Source of the DNA: Sedimentisphaera cyanobacteriorum
GTDB lineage: Bacteria > Planctomycetota > Phycisphaerae > Sedimentisphaerales > Sedimentisphaeraceae
DNA length: 32,000 bases
NCBI RefSeq assembly: GCF_001997385.1
Contig: NZ_CP019633.1
Span: 1,890,001-1,922,000, forward strand
Direction: 5' to 3'
Shown: positions 1 through 7,701 of the stretch, in pieces
Numbering within the stretch: the stretch's first letter is position 1
How the letters are laid out: every line of letters begins with the position of its first letter
Made by a program: the position numbers and the translations under genes
Notes under the pieces: generated by a model
The model's input: only the letters and a program-made list of their open reading frames with translations
What the model was told of the DNA's origin: nothing
The model's database searches: none

Positions 1-2060
1 CCTCTGAGCTTAAACTGCGAATTCAAAGGCACATCCGCCATATAGTAGAAGGCCGATATCTGCTGGTCTGCAATGAAATCTATATCAACGCCGGAAACCT
101 TCAGCGGCTCATCAAAATAATCGCTCCAGTAGTCATCCCAGCTGAGACCCGGGTCGCTGTCAACGAAGGTGCTGTCGTTGGTGAAAGAATTCTGCTGGTA
201 GTCCCTTGTAACATCATCATTGAATATTCCAAACTTGAAATATCCCTCGTCTTCAGTCCACTGCTCAAAGGGCAGCTTAATGTTTGCAGAATACTGATCG
301 CTTTCTTCGATGATATCTTTCCATGTTCTCTGGAAGTTTCCCATATTCATATTTGCAGCAGGATTGAGCTGTTCGTACCTGCCCGGTTCGGTGTGTGCAG
401 GCACTTCAGGCGAGGGACTCGGCCAAAACGTAGGGGGCTGATAGGGAACGTAATATGGAGCTGTCCACCTTGCTGAAAACATCCTCTTGTCCGGCTGATG
501 CATAGCAGCGGTATTTCTTGAAAGAACCCAATCGAGCTCTACCGGCTTGAAACTGAACCAGTCGGTAAGCTCCCAGCTGAGATCTTCGAATTTATGATCG
601 CCTGAAAACTGAATAGTCTCAGTAGTTCTCTCGGTATATTCGAGGGTCTGGTGTCTTTGGTAAGCAGCGTGGTCCTGATATTCCTTATCATTTGCTGGAT
701 GGTGCTCGTCGTATGGATCGTAATTATCAAATTCGGGGCCGTAAGCATCCGGCCAAAACTGATGCAGTCCGGCTCGGCCGCGGGTATCTTCTGAGACAGT
801 GGCTGAGTCCTCAGCAGTTTTAGTGTACATATAAAGTGCATTGAATTTATGGGTTCCGATCTCGAGGCCTAATGTTGCCAGCGTGCTCCACTGAACCTGC
901 TGGGAGGCTTGCTTAACATCGAAAAGGGAAGTTTCAAAGCGTCCCGTGCCCGGGCCGCCTCCGCCTCCGCCTCGTTTGTCGTTGTATCTGGGAGTTACAC
1001 CTTCCCCGGGCTCTTCTACCCAGTACTTGTCATCAATCATATCATGTTTGTAGCTTGCGCTTCGTTTGTAGTTTGCGCTCAAGAAGCCGCCAATCTTCAC
1101 ATCCTCAGCGAAGGCGTGCTTGCCCCCGCCGGAGAGTGAAAAGCTGTATTCCTGCGGGGCATCCTCAGTGGCAGTTCCCACAGTATCATCCATCGAATCG
1201 ATGGAAGGCACAGAAATGCTTCGATTGCCCAAGCTGTCCAGTCCGCCGCCGTCGTAGCTGAGGAAATCATCTTCGTTAAATACGTTTGAGTTGTAGTCGT
1301 AGCCTATGCCAAACTTGAAAGATGTTTCTTCAGGGATGCCTTTGAGCACCACATTAACCGCCCCTCCAGAGGCATCTCCCTGCTGGTCGGGGGTGAATGT
1401 TTTGCTTACCTGTATGCTCTCAATCACAGCCGAGGGGAACTGGTCTAACTGAACTGCACGCTTATCGGCATCAGCCGTGGGAAGACGCACGCCGTTCATC
1501 TGGGAATTTACGTATCTGTCCGGCAGGCCGCGAACAACGGCATACTTGCCGTCCTGAACAGTTGTACCTGAAACAAGCTTCAGCGCGCTTGCTGCATCGC
1601 TAGCTCCTGCCTGGCTCATCAGCTCAGAGCTGACCGAATCCATAAGAGCAGGTGCTTCCATACGCAGATCAAGCAGGGCAAGCTCTGTACCTGCACCGAA
1701 GCTTAAATCCTGAACGACGAATTCTTCCATCTCGGTAAAATCGCCGCTAAGGGAAACATTAACCTCGCTCATTCTTCCCGGCGAAACAGCAACATCAGTT
1801 TTTACCTGACGTGTATATCCCTGCTTCGAGAATATAAGTGTGTATGTTCCCGGCTTGAGCTCGCTGAAAACATAGTTGCCTTCTTCCGCGGTTTTGGTTT
1901 TCTCCCCGGTTTCTGCAATCAGAACCTGCGCCTCAGCTACGGGCGCGTCAAAATCTTTGTCCTCAACGTAACCTCTAATGCCGCCTGCCTGCTCCGCCGA
2001 GCAGATGCAGCAGGATACGCCCAATATGACCAGCAAAACTGCAAATTTGTTTATTACCAT
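1..2060 (-). CDS. TonB-dependent receptor-like outer-membrane protein (signal peptide, carboxypeptidase-regulatory-like domain, plug, start of barrel). The 3' end runs off the window.
   Basis: It is missing from the ORF track because it is open at the window edge. My reverse-strand translation from ATG 2060-2058 has no stop down to base 3. It begins MVINKFAVLLVILGVSCCICSAEQAGGIRGYVEDKDFDAPVAEAQVLIAETGEKTKTAEEGNYVFSELKPGTYTLIFSKQGYTRQVK. Further on it reads VQDGKYAVVRGLPDRYVNSQMNGVRLPTADADKRAVQLDQFPSAVIESIQV, which is a plug-domain type motif. The start overlaps the stop of the upstream gene (ccATGGTAAta). Confidence 0.8.
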   Translation of the reverse strand, partial: MVINKFAVLLVILGVSCCICSAEQAGGIRGYVEDKDFDAPVAEAQVLIAETGEKTKTAEEGNYVFSELKPGTYTLIFSKQGYTRQVKTDVAVSPGRMSEVNVSLSGDFTEMEEFVVQDLSFGAGTELALLDLRMEAPALMDSVSSELMSQAGASDAASALKLVSGTTVQDGKYAVVRGLPDRYVNSQMNGVRLPTADADKRAVQLDQFPSAVIESIQVSKTFTPDQQGDASGGAVNVVLKGIPEETSFKFGIGYDYNSNVFNEDDFLSYDGGGLDSLGNRSISVPSIDSMDDTVGTATEDAPQEYSFSLSGGGKHAFAEDVKIGGFLSANYKRSASYKHDMIDDKYWVEEPGEGVTPRYNDKRGGGGGGPGTGRFETSLFDVKQASQQVQWSTLATLGLEIGTHKFNALYMYTKTAEDSATVSEDTRGRAGLHQFWPDAYGPEFDNYDPYDEHHPANDKEYQDHAAYQRHQTLEYTERTTETIQFSGDHKFEDLSWELTDWFSFKPVELDWVLSRNTAAMHQPDKRMFSARWTAPYYVPYQPPTFWPSPSPEVPAHTEPGRYEQLNPAANMNMGNFQRTWKDIIEESDQYSANIKLPFEQWTEDEGYFKFGIFNDDVTRDYQQNSFTNDSTFVDSDPGLSWDDYWSDYFDEPLKVSGVDIDFIADQQISAFYYMADVPLNSQFKLR

Positions 2061-3352
2061 GGAACGCTCAGGCTCCCTTTAACTTCCTTAATTTCAGCAA
2101 GCAGTTTCTCGCTTGGATTAACCTTATGTTTTGCCATAGAGCAGCACACATCGCAGAGATCTATAGCAGTAGGACGGGAATTGGGATTTTCCGCCCCTTC
2201 CTTCACAGCCATGGCATAAATTTCAGCCGCTTTTTCCCGGCGATCCATAGAAACGCAGGCCTCTGCAATGGACGTAAGCGCTTCGGAGCGGTAAATATCT
2301 ACTATTTTCTCTTTCTGCTCTTTGAAAAGCTCAATTTCTTCGTCGGCTTCCTTAACGGCCTTTTCTTTCTGTCCGGCTTTGAATCGCGCAGCTGCCACTT
2401 TCGCTGTAAGAGGCATTCTATTCTCAAGACGCCACTTGCCTGAAGTTATCATCTGCCTTGCCTTGTCTATCAGCTCAACTGCCTTTGCGGTGTTTCCTCC
2501 GTCAATATTTGCCTCAGCCATCTTCACAAGCAGATCAATCCTGATAAAGTACGGTATGGTCTTCCAAGAGGAGGTAATCTTATCTTCCAGCATCTGCCTT
2601 CTTGAACTGTTCTCGTAAAACCTTTCGTACAGTTCAAAGCATGCATAAAGGGCATTTTTCACAATATCATAAACGCCTGTTTTTATCATTTCGTCGATAG
2701 AGGCAAGCTGAGAATCAAACTCTTGCTCACTGCAAATCTCCGCCTTTGTCGCAGCAACTTTGCCTGTTTCGGCCTCAACGAGATTCTCTTCAAACTGCTC
2801 GCTATGACTATCATTCCCGAGAAGGGTTTCCGCCTGAGCAATTCGCACTTTAACCCTGTCTCTTCGCCAGTCTTCAAGATTCGGTTCTTCTATTACTTCT
2901 TCAGCCAAGGCAATAAACTCGTTTGCTCTGCCTTTCTGGTTATTTTCTGCAAAATAGTAAGCCAGCTCCCCGAAGCATACGCCCTTGCGCCAGTTTAGAA
3001 TTTTTTTGGTCTGCTCTGCTGCAGTTTTTATCTGACCGAGCTCAATATAAGCTTTTACAACCTTCTGCTGTGATTTGCTTCGGTCTTTAATATGCGGCTT
3101 TACAGGAATCATAGATGCCGTTTGGAAGGCAATTTCCATAAGCTGGTTCTGATAATCCTCAATTTGAGAATTTTCAAGAGCAGCTTTCGTTTCAGCTTTT
3201 CTCGTAATCTCAGCAGAGCTTCTTTCAGCCGCTTGATTTTCTGCCTGATTATCAGCCGTTTGTTTATCGCAGCCTGCAAAAAAAACAGCTAAAGCCATAA
3301 CGCCGGCCGCTGCGAGCATTGAAAGTTTTTTATTCGCTTTTCTTACTGTCAT
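2054..3352 (-). CDS. Predicted lipoprotein, largely alpha-helical (TPR-like repeats possible), function unknown
   Basis: 432-aa ORF. The N-terminus MTVRKANKKLSMLAAAGVMALAVFFAGCDKQ has a signal peptide plus a lipobox (FFAG|C). The rest is rich in helix-forming A/E/K/L stretches. The stop overlaps the start of the downstream receptor gene by 7 nt. Confidence 0.7.
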   Translation of the reverse strand: MTVRKANKKLSMLAAAGVMALAVFFAGCDKQTADNQAENQAAERSSAEITRKAETKAALENSQIEDYQNQLMEIAFQTASMIPVKPHIKDRSKSQQKVVKAYIELGQIKTAAEQTKKILNWRKGVCFGELAYYFAENNQKGRANEFIALAEEVIEEPNLEDWRRDRVKVRIAQAETLLGNDSHSEQFEENLVEAETGKVAATKAEICSEQEFDSQLASIDEMIKTGVYDIVKNALYACFELYERFYENSSRRQMLEDKITSSWKTIPYFIRIDLLVKMAEANIDGGNTAKAVELIDKARQMITSGKWRLENRMPLTAKVAAARFKAGQKEKAVKEADEEIELFKEQKEKIVDIYRSEALTSIAEACVSMDRREKAAEIYAMAVKEGAENPNSRPTAIDLCDVCCSMAKHKVNPSEKLLAEIKEVKGSLSVPW

Positions 3353-3376
3353 ACCTTTTCCGTAAAAGAATCTGAT

Positions 3377-3398
3377 GACAGGGCATTAAAGCCCTGCC
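3377..3398 (-). terminator. Short GC hairpin between the secreted-protein gene and the lipoprotein gene (possible attenuator or weak terminator)
   Basis: CAGGGC (3379-3384) and GCCCTG (3391-3396) flank a 6-nt loop. On the minus strand only a weak T-rich tail follows (tcatcagattctttt). Confidence 0.3.
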
Positions 3399-3439
3399 AC
3401 CAGATATTGATTATTTGTTGTCAGTCATTGAAAGGTTAA

Positions 3440-5077
3440 TTACTTAACCTGAAGCCATCCTGCACCAACAGCAGAGAGGTCTTCAACGTCAACGATACCG
3501 TCATTGTTGATATCGCCGCTTGGCTGATTCATTGAAGTATCTGTCATACCGTACTGATCGATTGCAGACCAGTTGGCAAGCCAGTTGTTGTCTTCGCTGA
3601 ATCCGCCGCGGAACTGAGCAGGAACAAAGAAGCCGTCTGCCGGAGCTGTACCAGCGCTTGCTGCGGCATCGTTAGCTGCACATGGGTTGATAAACTCTAC
3701 AGGATAAACGTCTTTGCCGCCTTTAACAACTTTGCCGCCGCGAACGAGCTTCTGGATCGGCATATTCTGATCCGGGTTAGAAGGTACGTAAGCAGCAGTT
3801 ACGTTGTTGTTTGAGCCGTCGCGTACGCCGCGTGCATCTGCTTCTGTGTAAGCATCAGAGTGCATATTGCGGAAGAACACTGAATCTGAGATCTCAGCGA
3901 GCTTGCCGTCAACCTGTGCGGTGTACATTACGGAAGGATCGTTGAATCCGCCTGCTGACCAGCTGCCTGCGTTAGGCATAGCAGTTGAAGTTGAGTAGTC
4001 GTAGTCTGTTGTCCATGTGTCTGCCCAGGAGAGCGTGCCGTTGTAGCCGTAGCCGTTAGCACCGTCGCCGTCGTCGTCATCGAATCTTACGAGCTTTTCG
4101 CCGAGATCCATGAAGATGCAGTTGCGATACTGCATACGGGCGTTATCACGCCAGGTGGTACCGCCGTCGCCGTCGCCCGGGTTGCCCACTACTGTAAAAT
4201 TGTAGATTGAAGCAGTTGTTACAGGCTGAGCATCTGAGTCTTCAGCACCGTCTGTCTCGAAGCAGTTGTCGCCAACGCCTGAGCCCTGGCTTGCATCGAT
4301 TGAGTGTCCCTGAACGATAAGACCGAACTGAGCCTTGCCTCTCCAGCCCTGGTCGATATCGAAGCTGTCGTCGCCGATGTTCCAGATGTTTACGTACTTG
4401 AGGCAAACAGTTCCGCCCCAAATTTCGATACCGTCATCAACGTTGTTGATAACTTCAACGTGGCTGATGTCTGTTTCACGTCCGATACCGCCGAGTGAAA
4501 GACCGTTAAGCTCATTTGCAAGACCGATCACTTTACCGCCGTAACGCAGTGAGAGATAGCTTATTGAACCTGAGTTGTCGTTGTCGTCGTTGCCGCCGTA
4601 CATACCGTAGGTGTTGTCTGTAAGACCTTCCATCAGCTTCTCGTTGTCGCCGGTTGGGGTCTTGGTATTGTCGCCTACGGGATTTCCGCCGTAGTGCGAA
4701 GCAGAGATAAGAGCATTACCCATCAGAGTAAGGTTGCCCCATTCATTACAGCCTTCGCGGTAGGTCTTGAGGTCGTCATCAGTAGAGGTCATAATAACTG
4801 GAGCATCTTCTGTACCGTTTACATAGATTTTAGCTCCGCGTGATACAGCAAGGCTTCCGCCCAAACCTGATGTGCTCTGTACGAGCGTGCCCGGTTCGAT
4901 TGTGAGAGTTGCACCCGGCTCAACGAAAACCTGATCCTGAAGATTATAGACGTTATCCGACGTCCATGTAGTAGAGGTTGAGATATTGGAACTTACCAAC
5001 ACCTCAGCAGCATTTGCAGTTCCTGCCGCAGCAAAAACCGCAACTGCAAGTGCTAATGAGATTTTTTTAAGATTCAT
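3440..5077 (-). CDS. Secreted protein, probably a right-handed beta-helix fold, with a C-terminal dockerin-like Ca-binding repeat
   Basis: The track ORF (3440..5158) is trimmed to the internal Met at 5077, which gives a classic signal peptide MNLKKISLALAVAVFAAAGTANA|AEV. The body is G/D/N/T-rich with repeated turn motifs. The C-terminus GDINNDGIVDVEDLSAVGAGWLQ resembles a single dockerin/EF-hand-like repeat. Confidence 0.65.
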   Translation of the reverse strand: MNLKKISLALAVAVFAAAGTANAAEVLVSSNISTSTTWTSDNVYNLQDQVFVEPGATLTIEPGTLVQSTSGLGGSLAVSRGAKIYVNGTEDAPVIMTSTDDDLKTYREGCNEWGNLTLMGNALISASHYGGNPVGDNTKTPTGDNEKLMEGLTDNTYGMYGGNDDNDNSGSISYLSLRYGGKVIGLANELNGLSLGGIGRETDISHVEVINNVDDGIEIWGGTVCLKYVNIWNIGDDSFDIDQGWRGKAQFGLIVQGHSIDASQGSGVGDNCFETDGAEDSDAQPVTTASIYNFTVVGNPGDGDGGTTWRDNARMQYRNCIFMDLGEKLVRFDDDDGDGANGYGYNGTLSWADTWTTDYDYSTSTAMPNAGSWSAGGFNDPSVMYTAQVDGKLAEISDSVFFRNMHSDAYTEADARGVRDGSNNNVTAAYVPSNPDQNMPIQKLVRGGKVVKGGKDVYPVEFINPCAANDAAASAGTAPADGFFVPAQFRGGFSEDNNWLANWSAIDQYGMTDTSMNQPSGDINNDGIVDVEDLSAVGAGWLQVK

Positions 5078-5400
5078 AGGAACCCTTTCAAAAAAAAATT
5101 GAGTAAAGTAAAAAAGTTTTAATACGCTTAACAACTTTCGCCTTTTATCCAGCACCAACGCAGCGCTGGGCTAAAGACTATTGGTGAGTGTAGAATCATA
5201 ATGTTTGCAAACTATTAGCGATAAATTCAAAAAAAGTTAGGCCTGCAATAAGGGGGGATTAAAACCGAATAAACACCCGAACAGGGATTTTGTTTGCATT
5301 TTTGCTTGAAAGAAAATTTATTGCCTGCAAAATAAGTGCTTATTTATTTTCGGACAAAATCCGCTCAGGACTAGTCTATTACATTAAAATGGAGCATAAT

Positions 5401-5694
5401 ATGCCTGATATGATTAATGAGAAACAGGTACGAGAGGTTGCGGCGCTTGCAAGGCTCGAACTCACAGATGAGGAAGTAAGCCGGTTTGCAACGCAGCTGA
5501 GTGATATCCTTGCATATATAGAAAAGCTGGGAGAGCTTGATACTGAAGCGGTTGAACCGCTCGCGCACAGCCTTCCTGTGAAAAATGTTTTCAGGGCAGA
5601 TGAGCCCGGCCAGACGCTGGATAGAGACCAAGCCCTGAAAAACGCCCCCGACAGCGACGGGGAGCATTTCTGCGTACCGAAGGTTTTAGAGTAG
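5401..5694 (+). CDS. gatC: Asp-tRNA(Asn)/Glu-tRNA(Gln) amidotransferase subunit C
   Basis: MPDMINEKQVREVAALARLELTDEEVSRFATQLSDILAYIEKLGELDTEAVEPLAH... is a typical GatC sequence. GGAG at 5391-5394 lies 6 nt upstream of ATG 5401. ATGs at 5389 and 5410 are alternative starts. The track's upstream extension from 5290 was rejected. Confidence 0.9.
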   Translation: MPDMINEKQVREVAALARLELTDEEVSRFATQLSDILAYIEKLGELDTEAVEPLAHSLPVKNVFRADEPGQTLDRDQALKNAPDSDGEHFCVPKVLE

Positions 5695-5806
5695 CAAGTG
5701 GCGAGTGGCGAGTGGCAAGTGGCGAGTGGCGAGTGGCGAGTGGCAAGTGGCGAGTGGCGAGTGGCGAGTGGCGAGTGGCAAGTGGCGAGTGGCAAGTGGC
5801 GGCCGC
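5694..5806 (+). repeat. Tandem array of 15 heptamers (GCGAGTG/GCAAGTG) ending in GCGGCCGC
   Basis: I counted these directly. There are 15 consecutive 7-nt units from 5694 to 5798: GCAAGTG at units 1, 4, 8, 13 and 15, and GCGAGTG elsewhere. GCGGCCGC follows at 5799-5806. The array starts on the last base of the gatC stop codon. Confidence 0.95.
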
Positions 5807-5939
5807 TGCTCAAGCTGAAATAGCCAACGAGCTGGGTTACATAAATAATAATACTTTTGAAAGTTTTATTTCGGAATCTAATGCAATAGGTAAAATGATA
5901 AGCAGTTTAATAAAGAAAATACTAAACGACAACCGTTAG
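5799..5939 (+). pseudogene. Truncated remnant (C-terminal ~45 aa) of a four-helix-bundle protein (23S rRNA intervening-sequence protein family)
   Basis: The translation AAAQAEIANELGYINNNTFESFISESNAIGKMISSLIKKILNDNR* matches the last-helix pattern of this family as I recall it (...L.KDLGYI....FE.......EIGKML..LIKSL). The ~80 N-terminal residues expected for the family are missing and are replaced by the heptamer array. Confidence 0.6.
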
Positions 5940-5946
5940 CAATGGC

Positions 5947-6009
5947 CACTTACTGCTCGCCACTTGCTGCTTGCCGCTTGCCACTTGCTGCTTGCCACTT
6001 GCGGCCGGC
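5947..6009 (+). repeat. Eight heptamers that are the imperfect reverse complement of the 5694-5798 array, ending in GCGGCCGGC
   Basis: The units are CACTTAC, TGCTCGC, CACTTGC, TGCTTGC, CGCTTGC, CACTTGC, TGCTTGC, CACTTGC (5947-6002). CACTTGC is the exact reverse complement of GCAAGTG. The arm ends 16 nt before the gatA ATG, directly in front of its AAGGA ribosome-binding site. Confidence 0.9.
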
Positions 6010-6025
6010 ACAATAAGGAAAATTT

Positions 6026-7501
6026 ATGGACTTAACAAAAAAAACACTAACTGAGATTCGTGATAAAATAGCGGCTCAAGAGCTAACCAGCCTTGAGGTT
6101 ACCAAAGCTTTGCTTGCCGAAATAGAAGCCAAGAACGATAAGTTAGGGGCGTATTTAGAGCTGTTCGCAGAGCATTGCCTTGCAAAAGCGGAAAAAATAG
6201 ACAAGCGAATAAAGGCCGGCGAGAAATGCGGAGCATTGGCAGGCGTTCCGATAGCAATCAAAGACAATATGACCACGGTCTGGGGCAAAACCACCTGCTC
6301 TTCCAAGATACTCGAAAATTTCGAAGCGCCGTACAACGCCACAGTGGTTGAAAAGCTCCTCGCAGAGGATGCAGTTATAATAGGCAAGCTCAATCTCGAT
6401 GAATTCGCAATGGGCTCAAGCACGGAAAATGCAGGCCTCGGTAAAACCGCCAACCCGTGGGACAGCAGCCGCGTTCCGGGCGGAAGCAGCGGAGGCAGCG
6501 CAGCGGCCGTTTCAGCGGGGCTGTGCTACGGGGCTCTGGGCTCGGATACCGGCGGTTCAATCCGCCAGCCGGCAAGCTTCTGCGGGGTGGTAGGCCTCAA
6601 GCCAACCTACGGCCGGGTTTCTCGTTATGGACTTGTAGCGTTCGGCTCAAGCCTCGATCAGATCGGCCCTCTTGCAAGAAACACTCAAGACGCCGCCCTG
6701 CTTATGAACGTAATCACAGGCCACGACCCCAAAGACAGTACAAGCCTCAGCGAAGAACTCGCACCGAAAACCGATTTCACGAAGGATATAGACAAGCCGC
6801 TTGAAGGGCTCAAGATTGCTGTTGTGCCGGAGTTTATCGAAAAGGCCGGAGAGGCAGTGAAAGAGGCGATTGGGAAGGCTGTGGAATTTTACCGCTCTAA
6901 AGGCGCAGAAATTCGGGAAGTGAAGATGCCGCATTCGGATTATGCCGTTGCCACGTATTACATCGTTGCTACGGCTGAGGCCTCGGCAAACCTCGCCCGC
7001 TTCGACGGCGTTCGCTACGGATACCGCAGCGAAAAGCCCGAAAACTATATGGATGTGTACACGAAATCCAGAGATGAGGGCTTCGGGGCGGAGGTTAAAA
7101 GGCGGATTATGCTCGGAACATACGCCCTCTCCAGCGGCTACTACGACGCATACTACCTCAAAGCTCTAAAGGTGCGAAATCTCATCCGGCAGGACTTCAA
7201 ATACATATTCAAAGACTGCGACTGCCTGCTCACGCCCACCTCGCCGTCGGGGGCGTTCAAATTCGGCGAAAAATCAGACGACCCCATCCAGATGTACCTC
7301 GAGGATATCTATACAATCTCGGCTAATCTTGCTGGCGTGCCGGGAGTGAGCATTCCGTGCGGATTCGACGAAAACAATATGCCTCTCGGCATGCAGATTA
7401 TCACAGATACTTTCCAAGAGGCTAAGATGCTGAGAATCGCAAGGATGTTCGAAAAGGAACATTCATACGAAAATCAGATACCGGAAGATAGCAGAGAATA
7501 A
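6026..7501 (+). CDS. gatA: Asp-tRNA(Asn)/Glu-tRNA(Gln) amidotransferase subunit A
   Basis: 491 aa. It carries the amidase signature GGSSGGSAAAVSAG...GSDTGGSIRQPA, and the sequence is GatA-like over its full length. It lies directly downstream of gatC. Confidence 0.95.
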   Translation: MDLTKKTLTEIRDKIAAQELTSLEVTKALLAEIEAKNDKLGAYLELFAEHCLAKAEKIDKRIKAGEKCGALAGVPIAIKDNMTTVWGKTTCSSKILENFEAPYNATVVEKLLAEDAVIIGKLNLDEFAMGSSTENAGLGKTANPWDSSRVPGGSSGGSAAAVSAGLCYGALGSDTGGSIRQPASFCGVVGLKPTYGRVSRYGLVAFGSSLDQIGPLARNTQDAALLMNVITGHDPKDSTSLSEELAPKTDFTKDIDKPLEGLKIAVVPEFIEKAGEAVKEAIGKAVEFYRSKGAEIREVKMPHSDYAVATYYIVATAEASANLARFDGVRYGYRSEKPENYMDVYTKSRDEGFGAEVKRRIMLGTYALSSGYYDAYYLKALKVRNLIRQDFKYIFKDCDCLLTPTSPSGAFKFGEKSDDPIQMYLEDIYTISANLAGVPGVSIPCGFDENNMPLGMQIITDTFQEAKMLRIARMFEKEHSYENQIPEDSRE

Positions 7502-7564
7502 AAAGCCAGCGACTAACGCATAGCTTCGCCCCGATTTCCGCTAACTGCCAAATAGTCTTTCAAA

Positions 7565-7612
7565 CCCTTCGTGTGATTTGCGGTGAATGAAACACGTAAC
7601 ATCCACGAAGGG
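7565..7612. terminator. Hairpin between convergent gatA and the zntB-like gene (possible bidirectional terminator)
   Basis: CCCTTCGTG (7565-7573) pairs with CACGAAGGG (7604-7612), a 9-bp stem. On the minus strand TTTGAAAG follows. There is no strong T-run on the plus strand. Confidence 0.3.
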
Positions 7613-7701
7613 CAGAATATACTCCCCGCCGGCTCGCATCGCTTACGAATGCTGATGTTATTTTTCTAAACCGTCGTAAGTTTTTAGCGAAGCTCCCAAA
7701 C

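Noticed and set aside
5078-5158. N-terminal extensions proposed by the ORF track, here and at 5290, 9552, 10039, 13062, 15295, 19548, 20272 and 30464
   Set aside because: In each case an internal start gives a canonical signal peptide or family-typical N-terminus with a Shine-Dalgarno-like sequence. The extension overlaps an upstream gene or is AT-rich promoter DNA.
5379-5939. Track ORFs 5712..5939 (+), with MASGEWRVASGKWRV... repeats, and 5379..5813 (-), with HSPLATRHSPLAT... repeats, considered as real repeat proteins
   Set aside because: Their repetitive parts are simply the heptamer DNA array read in frame; because 7 is not a multiple of 3, the peptide period is 7 aa (21 nt). The minus-strand ORF also runs antisense through gatC. 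Only the last ~45 codons of the plus-strand ORF look like genuine coding sequence, and that part is called a remnant.
5694-6009. CRISPR array
   Set aside because: The units are 7 nt long and directly abutting with no spacers. No cas genes are present in the window.
6076-7462. Antisense or alternative-frame ORFs inside gatA (for example 6457..6804, Arg-rich, and 6076..6453 on the minus strand). The same applies inside recG (22538..24352), gyrB (28306..30414), cimA, the GH genes and the receptor region (539..1603).
   Set aside because: They lie wholly within strongly supported genes. They have low-complexity or biased composition (R/S/P-rich) and no ribosome-binding sites. They are typical shadow ORFs.
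7502-7701. Missing gatB after gatA, taken as a sign of operon disruption
   Set aside because: gatB is encoded apart from gatCA in many bacteria. The spacer holds only a hairpin between convergent genes, and no gatB remnant is visible in any frame.
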